DNA of 32,000 nucleotides from Mycobacterium leprae TN (GTDB lineage Bacteria; Actinomycetota; Actinomycetes; Mycobacteriales; Mycobacteriaceae): NCBI RefSeq assembly GCF_000195855.1, contig NC_002677.1, positions 1,440,001 to 1,472,000 of the forward strand, read 5' to 3'. Shown piece by piece: positions 9,354 to 20,200 of this stretch (position 1 is its first letter; each line of letters starts with the position of its first letter). The notes under the pieces were generated by a model. It saw only the letters and a program-made list of their open reading frames with translations, ran no database searches and was not told where the DNA came from. The position numbers and the translations under genes were made by a program.

Positions 9354-10208
9354 ATGCTGTCCGACTGCGAATTCGATGCGGCGCGAGACACTATTCGGCG
9401 CGCTCTGCATGAGGATCTACGGTACGGGCTCGACATCACTACGCAGGCCACCGTGCCGGCTGGTACGGTCGTCACGGGGTCGATGGTGCCTCGCGAGCCG
9501 GGTGTGATTGCCGGGGTGGATGTGGCGTTGCTGGTCCTCGATGAGGTGTTCGGCGTCGACGGCTACCGGGTTCTCTATCGCGTTGAGGACGGTGCCCGGT
9601 TGCAATCAGGTCAACCACTGCTGACCGTGCAGGCAGCAGCCCGAGGGCTGTTGACGGCTGAGCGGACCATGTTGAACCTGGTCTGCCACATGTCCGGGAT
9701 AGCCACTGTGACGGTGGCCTGGGTTGACGCCGTACGTGGCACAAAAGCCAAGATCCGAGATACCCGTAAGACGCTTCCTGGTCTGCGTGCGCTGCAGAAG
9801 TACGCGGTGCGTGTCGGCGGCGGTGTCAACCATCGACTGGGGCTCGGTGATACCGCCTTGATCAAGGACAACCATGTTGCCGCTGTAGGATCGGTGGTTG
9901 ACGCGCTGCGGGCAGTGAGGGCAGCTGCGCCTGAGCTTCCGTGCGAAGTCGAAGTGGACTCACTCGAGCAGCTTGATGCCATGCTGGCTGAGGAGCCCGA
10001 ACTGATCCTGCTGGACAATTTCCCAGTGTGGCAGACACAAGTAGCGGTGCAACGTCGAGACATCCGAGCACCTACCGTCCTGCTAGAATCATCCGGTGGG
10101 CTGAGCCTCGAGAATGCGGCGATCTACGCGGGGACCGGCGTAGATTACCTCGCCGTCGGTGCGTTGACTCACTCGGTGCGAATTCTCGACATCGGCTTGG
10201 ATTTGTAG
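9354..10208 (+). CDS. nadC: nicotinate-nucleotide (quinolinate) phosphoribosyltransferase
   Basis: QPRTase signatures: TAERTMLNL, IRDTRKTLPGLRALQKYAVRVGGGVNHRLGL, IKDNH. ATG 9354 (MLSDCEF...) lies 2 nt after the nadB stop. TTG 9348 is an in-frame alternative. Confidence 0.93.
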   Translation: MLSDCEFDAARDTIRRALHEDLRYGLDITTQATVPAGTVVTGSMVPREPGVIAGVDVALLVLDEVFGVDGYRVLYRVEDGARLQSGQPLLTVQAAARGLLTAERTMLNLVCHMSGIATVTVAWVDAVRGTKAKIRDTRKTLPGLRALQKYAVRVGGGVNHRLGLGDTALIKDNHVAAVGSVVDALRAVRAAAPELPCEVEVDSLEQLDAMLAEEPELILLDNFPVWQTQVAVQRRDIRAPTVLLESSGGLSLENAAIYAGTGVDYLAVGALTHSVRILDIGLDL

Positions 10209-10249
10209 GTTTACTCGCGCAGCAATCAATGTGCGGGCCGTGGGTCTGG

Positions 10250-10299
10250 AAGCGCTGATCCTCTCCCGAATCGCTAGCGATTCGGGAGAGGATCAGCGC
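10250..10299. terminator. 50-bp perfect palindrome (25-bp arms) between convergent nadC and the TetR pseudogene; candidate bidirectional terminator
   Basis: AGCGCTGATCCTCTCCCGAATCGCT|AGCGATTCGGGAGAGGATCAGCGCT. I checked every one of the 25 pairs by hand. It lies 41 nt after the nadC stop. No U-tract follows, which is common for mycobacterial terminators. Confidence 0.6.
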
Positions 10300-10319
10300 T
10301 GCTTCAATCAACGAGATCC

Positions 10320-10790
10320 GAGATCAGTGTGAGCCCAATCTGTTCCGCGTGTGCCGCTGACCAGTCTTCCGTACGCCGCTCGATTCTCGAGCGGCGCATG
10401 CCAACCTGTGCATGCACGTGCATAAGTTGCGTGTATTAGGTAAAATTACGTTTACCGATTCGGTGGCGATCGGCTCGATGGGACTAGTCGTCGTGCTGAT
10501 CACCGGCCAGCCTAGCCACAAGTAGGTCGATTCACCGATCGACAATGTCGGCCACCGGCCGTTTGGTAATCAGTAATCGACGCAGCAACTGTTTGGTGCC
10601 GATCCCGGCGCTGTCCACTTACCGCGGCGGCCAACTGTTGCTTGCCCTGCGGGAAGTGGTGATACAGCGAACCGGGTTTAACACCAGACGTTCTAGAATC
10701 TGGCTAACCGAGTTCGGAGCGTAATCCTTAGAGGCGAAACAATACTGCGGTCGTCTCAAGCAGCCGTGCGCAGCTATGATCAAATCTCAT
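10320..10790 (-). pseudogene. frameshifted TetR-family regulator gene
   Basis: The minus-strand reading gives a TetR N-terminal HTH region spread over at least three frames. The pieces are MRFDHSCARLLETTAVLF(RL*), then FASKDYAPNSVSQILER, then SGVKPGSLYHHFPQGKQQLAAAV. The C-terminal limit is approximate. Confidence 0.55.
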
Positions 10791-11039
10791 TGTACCACAA
10801 AAATACTGAAAAAATGTTTTTGAATGATCGCTCAAAAATTTTTGCAAGGAGGCAGTTGGTGTTTACAGAGGCTGGGTGATACGCATGGCGCGAGGTGTCC
10901 GACCCCGAAATCACAATGTCCGGGGCAGGCGCTGCTTTGGCCGCTGCCGGCGGTACTGACGCAATATGCCCCTGGTGCCAGACGCCGCGCCCGGCCAGTA
11001 ACCAGTAACTTGTCCGTTTAGACTTCAAGGTGTCGTCGT

Positions 11040-11740
11040 GATGGTCATTTGGTGGTTATTTTTTGCTGGTTTGGGTTTGGGTGGTGGTGTTGTGGTGGGC
11101 TGGTGGGGTGTGGGTGGTTGATCTGCGCTAGAAGGTTGCCGTATGTGCCGCCGACGGCCGGATCATCGATGCACTGTTCACTAACACGATACTGCTGCAC
11201 CCGGCGGCATGCCTGCTTGCTGGCTGAGGGCCGGTCAACAAGCCGCCGACACCGATACCAGCGGCAGAAATGGTGCAAGGGATAACATCAGGTGCGAATA
11301 GTTATACCGTGCACGGGGACGTGCCTGTTCAGGTGCGGCCACATTGACCACGCCGACACCTCAAGGCCATGACATGCACACTAAAACGCCCCTACCCCGC
11401 GGCGCTAACAACTATCCTCACACTCACGCCTGCATCGATATCGCCTTCAGCACAGCCCAGGTGCCCAGCCCCTGGCATCATCAACATGTAGACCAAGCAG
11501 CATCCACCACCGACATGCTTACGTGCGCCGCGCTAATCGTGTCCACTGCGGCAAAGCACACGAAGCCTCATCGAAAGCAGGCAGTCAGCCACCCACCAAC
11601 AAAAACCCCGCAACACAGCAAAACACGACAGCAACCTGCAGTTCAAGGGAAGCAGCGGTGGGGTAGTGGTGGGAAACCAGTACGAGGCTTCGTATGTGCG
11701 TTCACCCGGAATCGGCGTGTTTAGTGGATTCTCCACTACC
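11040..11740. repeat. RLEP, the M. leprae-specific dispersed repeat (core; true ends may lie anywhere within 10860-11890)
   Basis: CACCGATACCAGCGGCAGAA occurs at 11250-11269 and the reverse complement of TGCATGTCATGGCCTTGAGG at 11359-11378. These are the two RLEP diagnostic primers as I remember them, spaced to give exactly 129 bp. The nested primer strings CAGAAATGGTGCAAGGGA and the complement of TGAGGTGTCGGCGTGGTC also lie inside. No transposase or terminal inverted repeats are present, as expected for RLEP. ORFs 11045..11278, 11049..11285 and 11344..11724 fall inside it and look non-coding. Confidence 0.85.
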
Positions 11741-11889
11741 TGGTTACAGGATGACCAGACATCATCTGACTTACTGGGAACCCGGGGGCGATTACTTTTC
11801 CATGGGTGGTCCTGTGTAAGAACCCCGTGGGGATTTTCCCGGTGACCAAGTTCACTGGAAGCCTGTGGCTGTTATGTTGTGGTATTCGC

Positions 11890-12330
11890 GGTGCTGGTCG
11901 TTTGTGTTGATGCGACTCAACCCAGAATATCGAACCTAGGCCGTTATTATCGAGAAGTTTCGTACTGACTGCCCCGAGTTGGTGAAGTATGATTATACTT
12001 TAGTTGTTTGTTCTCGTGAACTCGGTTGACCTTGGGTGATCGAAGTTCTGTGGTACGGTAAAAGATGCGAGTCGACGATCTCATCGCGGTGCATTTCATG
12101 GTCGACGTGACCTACGCCGAGAAGTTGCGAAAGCGTTGGGATCACTACGAATTCGACATTCAGCTACGAGTGGTGGAGTGTCCAGGCCGGTGAGTCGATG
12201 GGGCCGCGCAGATGTTGGTCGTCAAGACGTGCGACGAACATCCCGATACCAACGTGACGGTGTTGTTGTTCCGTAAGATCGCTCGGCCGTCAACCTAATC
12301 TCGGATGCTAAAGCGGCGATAGTGCTTTAT
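11890..12330 (+). pseudogene. possible remnant of the C-terminal cytoplasmic domain of an APC-like permease
   Basis: A short open piece at 12065-12193 reads MRVDDLIAVHFMVDVTYAEKLRKRWDHYEFDIQLRVVECPGR*. It resembles the ...AVHV..D.E.A..L...W......L.V.ESPYR tail I recall from actinobacterial permeases. It continues out of frame as ...DEHPDTNVTVLLFRKI. The assignment is weak and from memory only. Confidence 0.3.
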
Positions 12331-12572
12331 GACGTGCAATCTCGGATTCAGGAGGCTTACCCTGAACGGTTTGAGGAACAGGTCGTATGCTAACTCAACA
12401 AGGTTGACTTACGGGTGTCGTAAGGCAAGGGGTTAGGATGTCGACGCCTATGAGCACCCAGCAAACCCGGAGCGCCCGTTGTCGATAGACAATATGGCTG
12501 GCCTGGTGCCCGGACAATGCGCCACCTTGGAAAGACTGGTAAAGTTCAGCCGAGGACATTTAGTCAACATGG

Positions 12573-12590
12573 ACACACACACACACACAC
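12573..12590. repeat. (AC)9 dinucleotide microsatellite
   Basis: Nine uninterrupted AC units, counted directly, located in non-coding or pseudogene DNA. Confidence 0.95.
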
Positions 12591-12879
12591 TTCAGTGGAT
12601 CGTCAGATCGTCTTAGGCGACAGCGCCGGCGAGATCAGTGTGATGTTTCATCCCAGGCGTGGGGGTGCCGACATCCAGTCCGATCCGCTATCGCGGGTCA
12701 CCAGCAAAGCCCGCTAGAGCGGTGACCGTCTCATGTCGATGATCGACTTGGCGTATCTTCCGTGATTGATGAACCCACAGAGACTGACCCAGCTAGCCGT
12801 CATCAGTCAGCCCGTCAGATTCAGTAACGACAGACTTGGGGGGAAGCCAAGGAATACGGTGAAAGCAACTGGCAGCAGT

Positions 12880-14045
12880 GTTGGTGTTCAACGCTGGGGT
12901 TCGTGTGCACCGCCAATGGTTGTCGGCCTTTGACGCGGCATGGTTACGGCTCGACGTACGTGTTCGGTTACAGTTTGCTCAGCTCGAAGCTTACCGCTCA
13001 GGTCTTCGGCGTCCAGCCAACGGGGATACACCGATTTAGCTGGCTCGGTACTGTCGTGGCTGGGGTTATGGAGTCTGCACCGCATCGGACACAGGGCCAA
13101 CAAGCTGTAGACTGCGGTATTGGGTGGCTAGGATTCGACCCCGACTGTAGCACTGAACTGGGCGACTTGTGGAAGCGGCCCGCGCTTCGGTTGGTGCCAT
13201 CCCGAAGAAACCCGGCGTTGCGCGTATATTGAGGATCTATTGCGGTTATGCGTATGACGCCGATGTCAGTTACTGGCAGTGTGGCTCCGGGAACCAGCTC
13301 GACATTTGGCGACGTCCCGACTTGGACCGCGACGGACAGGTTCCAGTGTTGCTGTAAGTTCCCGGGAGGCTCGGATGGTCGGAAACAAACGTGGACAGGT
13401 ACACCCGCTGATGGGCCTTTTGACCTAGCTGGATTGGGTCTACGTGGTGATCAACTATCGGCTCAACCCGCGTGCCACCTGGCCTGATTCAAGTACGCGA
13501 TTGCGTGAATAAAGGAGCACATCGCCGAGTAGGGCAGTAACCCGGACTGGATTTCGATCACCGGTGGCTCGGCCGATGGGTATCTTTTTACTTTTCTTGT
13601 TGTCACGAGAATCCCCAACGATCCACAGTTTCCGCCGGGCTTCGAGAAGGCTGACATCCGGGTGCAAGCGGTTGTTCCGTTCTACGGTGTTTATGACTTC
13701 ACTGGTCTCTGATCAACTCGATGCATACGATTATGCTGCCGATAGCGCAGAAGTACGTGTTTACACTGAAGTGCAGTGACCACCTGCGCGATTTTCGTGT
13801 CGCGTCGCCAATCACGCACATCGATCAAGACGCACCCGGGTTTTATGCTATGTAGCCGTAACAACTCGTTGGTCCGGGTTGAATAGGCGCACAACTTCAC
13901 AAAGCGACTGCGCGAGGTTAGTTGCCAGCCCGTGTTCTAAGTCGAATTACTTTGCAAGCAAAGCGCTTTCGACATTCCTCGCGTATGCCTGGGCGGTACA
14001 CGCCGCGGTGGCCGTCGAGCAGTTCCTTGCTGAGATATATGCCTA
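12880..14045 (+). pseudogene. decayed carboxylesterase/lipase gene (LipO/LipQ-like, alpha/beta hydrolase)
   Basis: Family blocks are readable but spread across frames and broken by stops: NQLDIWRRPDLDRDGQVPVLL*, GWVYVVINYRLNPRATWPD, ISITGGSADGY, IRVQAVVPFYGVYDFTGL*, ASPITHIDQDAPGFYAM*, and the tail ...AVEQFLAEIYA* (TAG 14043-14045). In ISITGGSADGY the nucleophile Ser codon is 13569-13571 and the GGSAGG motif has changed to GGSADG at 13575-13577. The 5' limit is approximate. Confidence 0.65.
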
Positions 14046-14298
14046 GCGTCAGGTCGACGTGTAGCCGGGTTCGGTCGCCGTTGGAAACTCTTCCGCTGTG
14101 GGATCTGCCACGTCAATATCGGACTTGTCACTATTTGCCGGTAAACTACCACCCGCGACATCTGGCGATCCTGAGCCCGAACGATCCTTAGCCTGAATGC
14201 GCCGTACATAGTGGTACGGCAGTTATGTCGGAGTTTTCCTGCGCTTACGTGGCGAGACTGCTGAGCGCCATTGAGCTATCTATAGAGGGGACTGCACA

Positions 14299-17200
14299 TT
14301 GCGAGCCGCAAACGTTACGCCGGTGGCTGTCATTGGTATGGCTTGTCGGCTTCCCGGCGGGATCGATTCTCCGCAGCGCCTTTGGGAGGCGTTGTTGCGT
14401 GGCGACGACCTGGTGACCGAGATTCCCAAGGAGCGCTGGGACGCGGATTTGTATTACGATCCTGAACCAGGGGTGCCTGGCCGGTCGGTATCACGATGGG
14501 GCGCCTTCCTGGATGATGTTGGCGGCTTTGACTGCGATTTCTTTGGTATGACTGAGCGTGAGGCCATCGCGATCGACCCGCAACATCGCCTGTTGCTGGA
14601 AACGTCGTGGGATGCCATCGAGCATGCGGGTCTTGACCCAGCGACACTCGCGGGGTCTGCGACCGGCGTCTTTGTGGGACTGACGCATGGGGACTATGAA
14701 CTGTTGTCCGCCGATTGTGGTGCCACGGAGGGACCGTACGGTTTCACCGGCACCAGTAACAGCTTCGCGTCCGGGCGAGTGGCTTACACACTTGGGTTGC
14801 ACGGTCCGGCGGTCACGGTGGACACGGCGTGCTCGTCGGGCTTGATGGCTGTGCACCAGGCCCGCGGCAGTTTGGATTGCGGCGAAAGCGATCTGGCCCT
14901 TGCCGGTGGCGTCGTCGTGACGCTGGAGCCACGGAAGTCGGTTTCGGGTTCGCTGCAGGGAATGTTGTCGCCCACCGGTCGTTGCCATGCCTTCGATGTC
15001 GCAGCCGACGGATTCGTGTCTGGCGAGGGCTGTGTGGTGCTGTTACTCAAGCGGATGCCCGACGCTGAGCGTGACGGTGACCGAATCCTGGCGGTGCTAC
15101 GCGGCACCGCGGCTAATCAGGATGGCCACACTGTGCACATAGCAGCACCATCGGAGCAGGCACAAATCGCAGTATATCACAAGGCGTTGGCCGTGGGCGG
15201 CGTTGACCCCACCACGGTCGGCCTGATCGAAGCGCACGGTACCGGCACCCCGGTCGGAGATCCGATCGAATATGCGAGCCTGGCGGCGGTTTACGGAACT
15301 GCGGGACGTTGTGCGCTGGCATCGACTAAGACAAACTTTGGCCACATGCAGTCGACATCAGGACCTCTGGGGATGATGAAGGCAATCCTGGCGCTACAGC
15401 ATGGCGTGGTTCCGAAAAACCTGCACTTCACTCGGCTGCCTGATCAACTGGCTGAGATTACCACCGAACTTTTTGTGCCGCAGGTTAATACGCCCTGGCC
15501 CGTCGATGTCCAGCAGCCACGGCGTGCCGCGGTGTCGTCGTATGGCATGTCTGGCACCAACGTGCACGCGATCCTCGAGCAAGCACCAGAGAATTCAGGT
15601 AAGGACTCCCCGGCAGTATCTAAAGTCAATGGCCCGCTGTTGTTTCCGCTGTCGGCCACGTCGGTTGAGCAATTGCGTGCGACGGCTGCCCGAATGGCGG
15701 ATTGGGTCGACGAACACGGCAGCGGGACTAAACACACTGGGCTGTGGGATTTGGGCTATACGCTGTCGCGCCGCCGTGGATACCGTCCAGTGCGGACGAT
15801 GGTCCTGGCGAGCAGCTTTGCTGAACTCAGCCGGGGACTGCGTGAAATCGCCGGCAGCGAGATTCCGTATCAGTCCGCTGTGGGGCAAGATGACCGCGGA
15901 CCGGTGTGGGTGTTCTCCGGGCAGGGGTCACAGTGGGCCGGTATGGGCGCTGAGTTGTTCGCGAAGGAGCCGGTGTTCGCCGCGGCCATCGCGGCGATGG
16001 AACCGGTGATTGTCGAGGAATCAGGGTTTTCGGTCACCGAGGCGCTGACGGTGGCTGAGAAGGTAACCGGTATTGACCGGGTCCAGCCGACGATCTTCGC
16101 AATCCAGGTGGCGTTGGCTGCCACGATGAAGTCCTACGGAGTGTATCCGGGGGCAGTCATCGGACATTCGCTCGGTGAGGCTGCGGCAGCCGTCGCCGCG
16201 GGCGCACTGTCTTGCGAAGACGGTTTGCGCGTCATTTGCCGTCGCTCGCAACTGATGTCGCGTGTTGCGGGCAGCGGCGCTATGGCGTCAGTGGAGCTAC
16301 CTGGCCAACAAGTGCTTTCCGAACTCTCTATTCGCGGGCTGTCGGATGTTGTGCTGGCCGTCGTAGCCTCACCAACATCGACCGTCGTCGGTGGTGACAC
16401 CCAGGCGATTCGGCATCTGTTGGCCGCATGGCAGGCACAGGACGTGATGGTGCGTGAGGTAGCTGTCGACGTCGCTTCACATACGCCGCAGGTCGAACCG
16501 ATTCTTGACGACTTGGTCGAAACCCTTGCCGATCTCAAACCAACTGAGCCGAAAGTTCCGTATTATTCCGCGACCCTGTGGGACCCTCGTGAGCGGCCGT
16601 CGTTCACCGGTGAATACTGGGCGGAAAACCTACGCTACACGGTGCGATTCGCGGCGGCCGTGCAGGCGGCACTCAAGGATGGCTTTCGAGTCTTCGGGGA
16701 GCTGGCGCCACACCCCCTGTTGACCTATGCGATCGAGCAAAACGCTGCCAGTCTCGACATGCCGGTCAGCGCGTTGGCCGCCATGCGGCGTGAGCAGGAA
16801 CTGCCGTTCGGATTACGTGGTTTCATCGCCGATGTGCATAGCGCCGGCGCCTTGGTCGATTTCTCCGTCCAGTACCCCAATGGGTGCCTGGTGGATGCAC
16901 CATTACCTACCTGGACCCGTCGGGAGCTGATGCTGAGTCGCGAGTCGGTGGACCATCCTGCGCACGGCGCCGCGGTCCAGGCTGTTCATCCACTACTCGG
17001 GGCACATGTGCATCTGTTCGAGGAACCGGAGCGCCATGTATGGCAAGGCCGGGTCGGCACCGAGGCACATCCATGGCTCGGCGACCACCAGATCCACGAC
17101 GTAGCCGCGTTTCCCGGTGCTGCTTACTGTGAGATGGCCTTAACCGCCGCGCGCGTGACTCTTGGCGAAGCATCAGAGGTCCGCGACATTAAGTTCGAGC

Positions 17201-20200
17201 AGACGCTGCTTTTGGATCGTGAAACGATGGCATCGTCGGCGGCAACGGTTTCGGCTCCTGGCGTCCTCGAGTTCGCGGTGGAAACTTATGAGGAAGGCGA
17301 ACGTGTTCGGCGGGCAAGTGCGGTCTTACGGGCCCTGGAGGACCGAGTCAATCAGCAGCCGGCCTCACACAGCATCGACGCGCTAATCGCCAGCCATCCG
17401 CTGCGCACGGAAGGCGCCGATTTGCGGGCAACCTTCGACGCCATCGGCATCCAGTACGGCCTGGCCTTCTCGGGCCTCACTGCAGTATACACTGCCGCTG
17501 GGACCAATGAGGATGTCTCTACGGTGCTTGCTGAGGTCGCGCTGCCTGGGGCCATTCGCTCGCAGCAAGCATCATACACAAGTCACCCTGCATTGCTCGA
17601 TGCGTGCTTCCAGTCGGTCATCGTTGCACCCGAGGTGCAAAAGGCGGGCGCCGGCGGTCTGCTGCTGCCCGTATATGTGCGCAGACTGCTTAACTACCAC
17701 TCGATGCGCAACGCGCAATACTGCCTCACCCGGGTCAAGACATCGCGAGCTGGTGAGTGCGAAGTTGACTTGGAAGTTCTGGACCAGTCTGGAGCGGTGT
17801 TGTTGCTGGTCGAGGGGCTGCGTCTGGCTGGGGGCGCCTCGGAGCACGAATGTGCCAATCGAGTGCTCGACGAGCGGCTGTTTACCGTTGAGTGGGAACC
17901 GCGCGAACTGCCTGAGGTGACGCAGCGTGAGCGTGGATCCTGGTTAGTGCTCGGCGCGTCCGCCGAGGATCCGTTGGTTCAGCAACTCGGCGATGCACTA
18001 AACGCCGATGGCGGGCATTGCACCGCGGTGTCGTTGCCGCTCGGACAAATCGATACCGCGCAGCTGTGTTCGCTGCTGTCTAGAGACGGCGTGAGTTCCT
18101 CCATTGGTCACGGTGCCCTCAAGGGACTGACCGGCGTCGTCGTAGTGACCGCCCCACCCGCCACTGTGGCAGAATCGCCAGCATTGCGGCGCGGCAGGGA
18201 CTATGTATCTCACCTTATCACTATCGTCCGCGAGATCTCCGAACTCCCCGGTGAGCGGCCTCGCCTCTTTGTAGTGACTAGAAATGCCGCAAGCATCAAG
18301 ACGGGTGACCTGGCCAACCTGGAGCAGGTCGGGCTGCGCGGGCTGATACGGGTGATTGACTCCGAACACCCGTACTTGAGTGTCACTCAGATCGACGTTG
18401 AAGAAACCAACCAAGCGACGATCGCCACACAAGTGGCTCGGCAACTGCGCAGCGGCTCGGATGAGGACGAGACCGGCTGGCGGGACGGCGAGTGGTATAC
18501 AGCCCGACTGCGCCCCGGTCCGTTGCGCCAGGCCGAACGGCGAACCGTTGTCGTGCAGAACGAACACGATGGCATGCGTCTAGAGATCCGTACTCCGGGT
18601 GACCTGGATTCGTTGGAATTCGTTGCTTTCGATCGGGTACCGCCGGGACCGGGGGAGATCGAGGTCGCGGTCACCGCATCCACCGTTAACTTCGCCGACG
18701 TTCTGGTCGCGTTCGGTCGGTATCCCACTTTCGAGGGTTACTGCCAACTGTTGGGTATCGACTTCGCTGGAGTGGTGTCGGCAGTCGGGTTAAATGTCAC
18801 CGATCACAAGGTCGGTGACCGGGTCGGCGGTGTGTCCCGCAACGGTTGCTGGACCACATTTGTGATTTGCGACGCCCGCCACGCGGTCACGCTCTCGCCC
18901 GAGGTGCCGCTGGAAGAGGCCGCGGCTGTTCCTACCGTCGCTGCGACCGCTTGGTACGGTCTGCACGATCTGGCCCGGATCTCACAGACCGATAAAGTGC
19001 TGATTCATTCGGGGACCGGTGGTGTCGGACAGGCGGCGATCGCGATCGCACGTGCCGCGGGGTGTGAGATCTTCGCGACGGCGGGTAGTCCGCAGCGGCG
19101 ACAACTGCTGCGCGACAAGGGTATTGAGCATGTCTACGACTCGCGCAGCCTCGAGTTCGCCGAACAGATCCATCGTGACACCAAGGGGTACGGTGTTGAC
19201 GTCGTGCTCAACTCACTGCCCGGCGCTGCGCAACGCGCCGGAATCGAATTGTTGGCTTTCGGTGGGCGGTTTGTCGAGATCGGCAAACGCGACATCTACG
19301 GCGACACCCGACTTGGCTTGTTCCCATTCCGCCGCAACCTTTCGCTGTACGCGGTCGACTTGGCGTTGTTGACTTATACTCACCCAGACACCGTTCGGCG
19401 CTTGCTGACCACCGTGTACCAACGCACCGCCGAGGGTGTGCTGCCTGTGCCGCAGACCACGCACTATCCAATTCATAACACGGCTAATGCCGTCCGCCTA
19501 GTCGCTGGTGCCGGGCACACCGGCAAGGTGTTGCTGGATGTGCCGCATACCGGATCCAGTGTGGCTGTGGTTCCCCCGGAGCAGGTTCGTACGTTTCGCG
19601 CTGACGGTGCCTATATCGTTACTGGCGGGCTGACCGGCTTAGGGCTGTTCCTCGGCACCGAGATGGCTGCAGCGGGCTGCGGACGGATCGTACTCAACTC
19701 TCGCTCGGCGCCTAATCCCCAAGCGCAAGAGACTATCGAACGGTTGCGTGCCGGGGGCGCCGATATCCAAGTGGAGTGTGGTGATATCGCTGAGCCTAGG
19801 GTCGCTGACCGCCTGGTGGTGGCGGCGACTCAATCGGGGCTTCCGGTTCGTGGCGTGCTACACGCAGCGGGGGTGGTCGAGGACGCTACGTTGACCAACG
19901 TCACCGATGACCTCATCGACCGTTGTTGGGCGCCTAAGGTCTACGGCGCGTGGAACCTACACCAGGCCCTGCAAGAAGGAAAAACCGCGCAGCTGCTGGA
20001 TTGGTTCTGTTCGTTCTCAACGGCCGCCGCGCTGGTCGGTTCGCCGGGTCAGGGCGCATATGCGGCGGCCAACAGTTGGTTGGATGGTTTCTCGTATTGG
20101 CGCCGGGCACAGGGCCTTGCCAGCACCACGATCGCTTGGGGGGCTTGGGGTGAGCTTGGTCTTGCCACCGCTTTGGCAGAAATGGCCGGTGTAGCGATCG

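Noticed and set aside
11045..11110. A G/T-rich tract with five GGG runs, considered as a G-quadruplex element or, on the minus strand, as coding for a Pro/His/Asn-rich peptide (ORF 11045..11278).
   Set aside because: It lies inside or at the edge of the RLEP repeat, which explains its presence. One loop would be 17 nt, so a stable G4 is doubtful. The ORF has no start context or domain.
11344..11724. A 126-aa plus-strand ORF within RLEP, considered as a possible element-encoded protein.
   Set aside because: It has low-complexity Thr/Pro/His/Gln-rich composition with no SD, and RLEP is not known to encode a transposase or any other protein.
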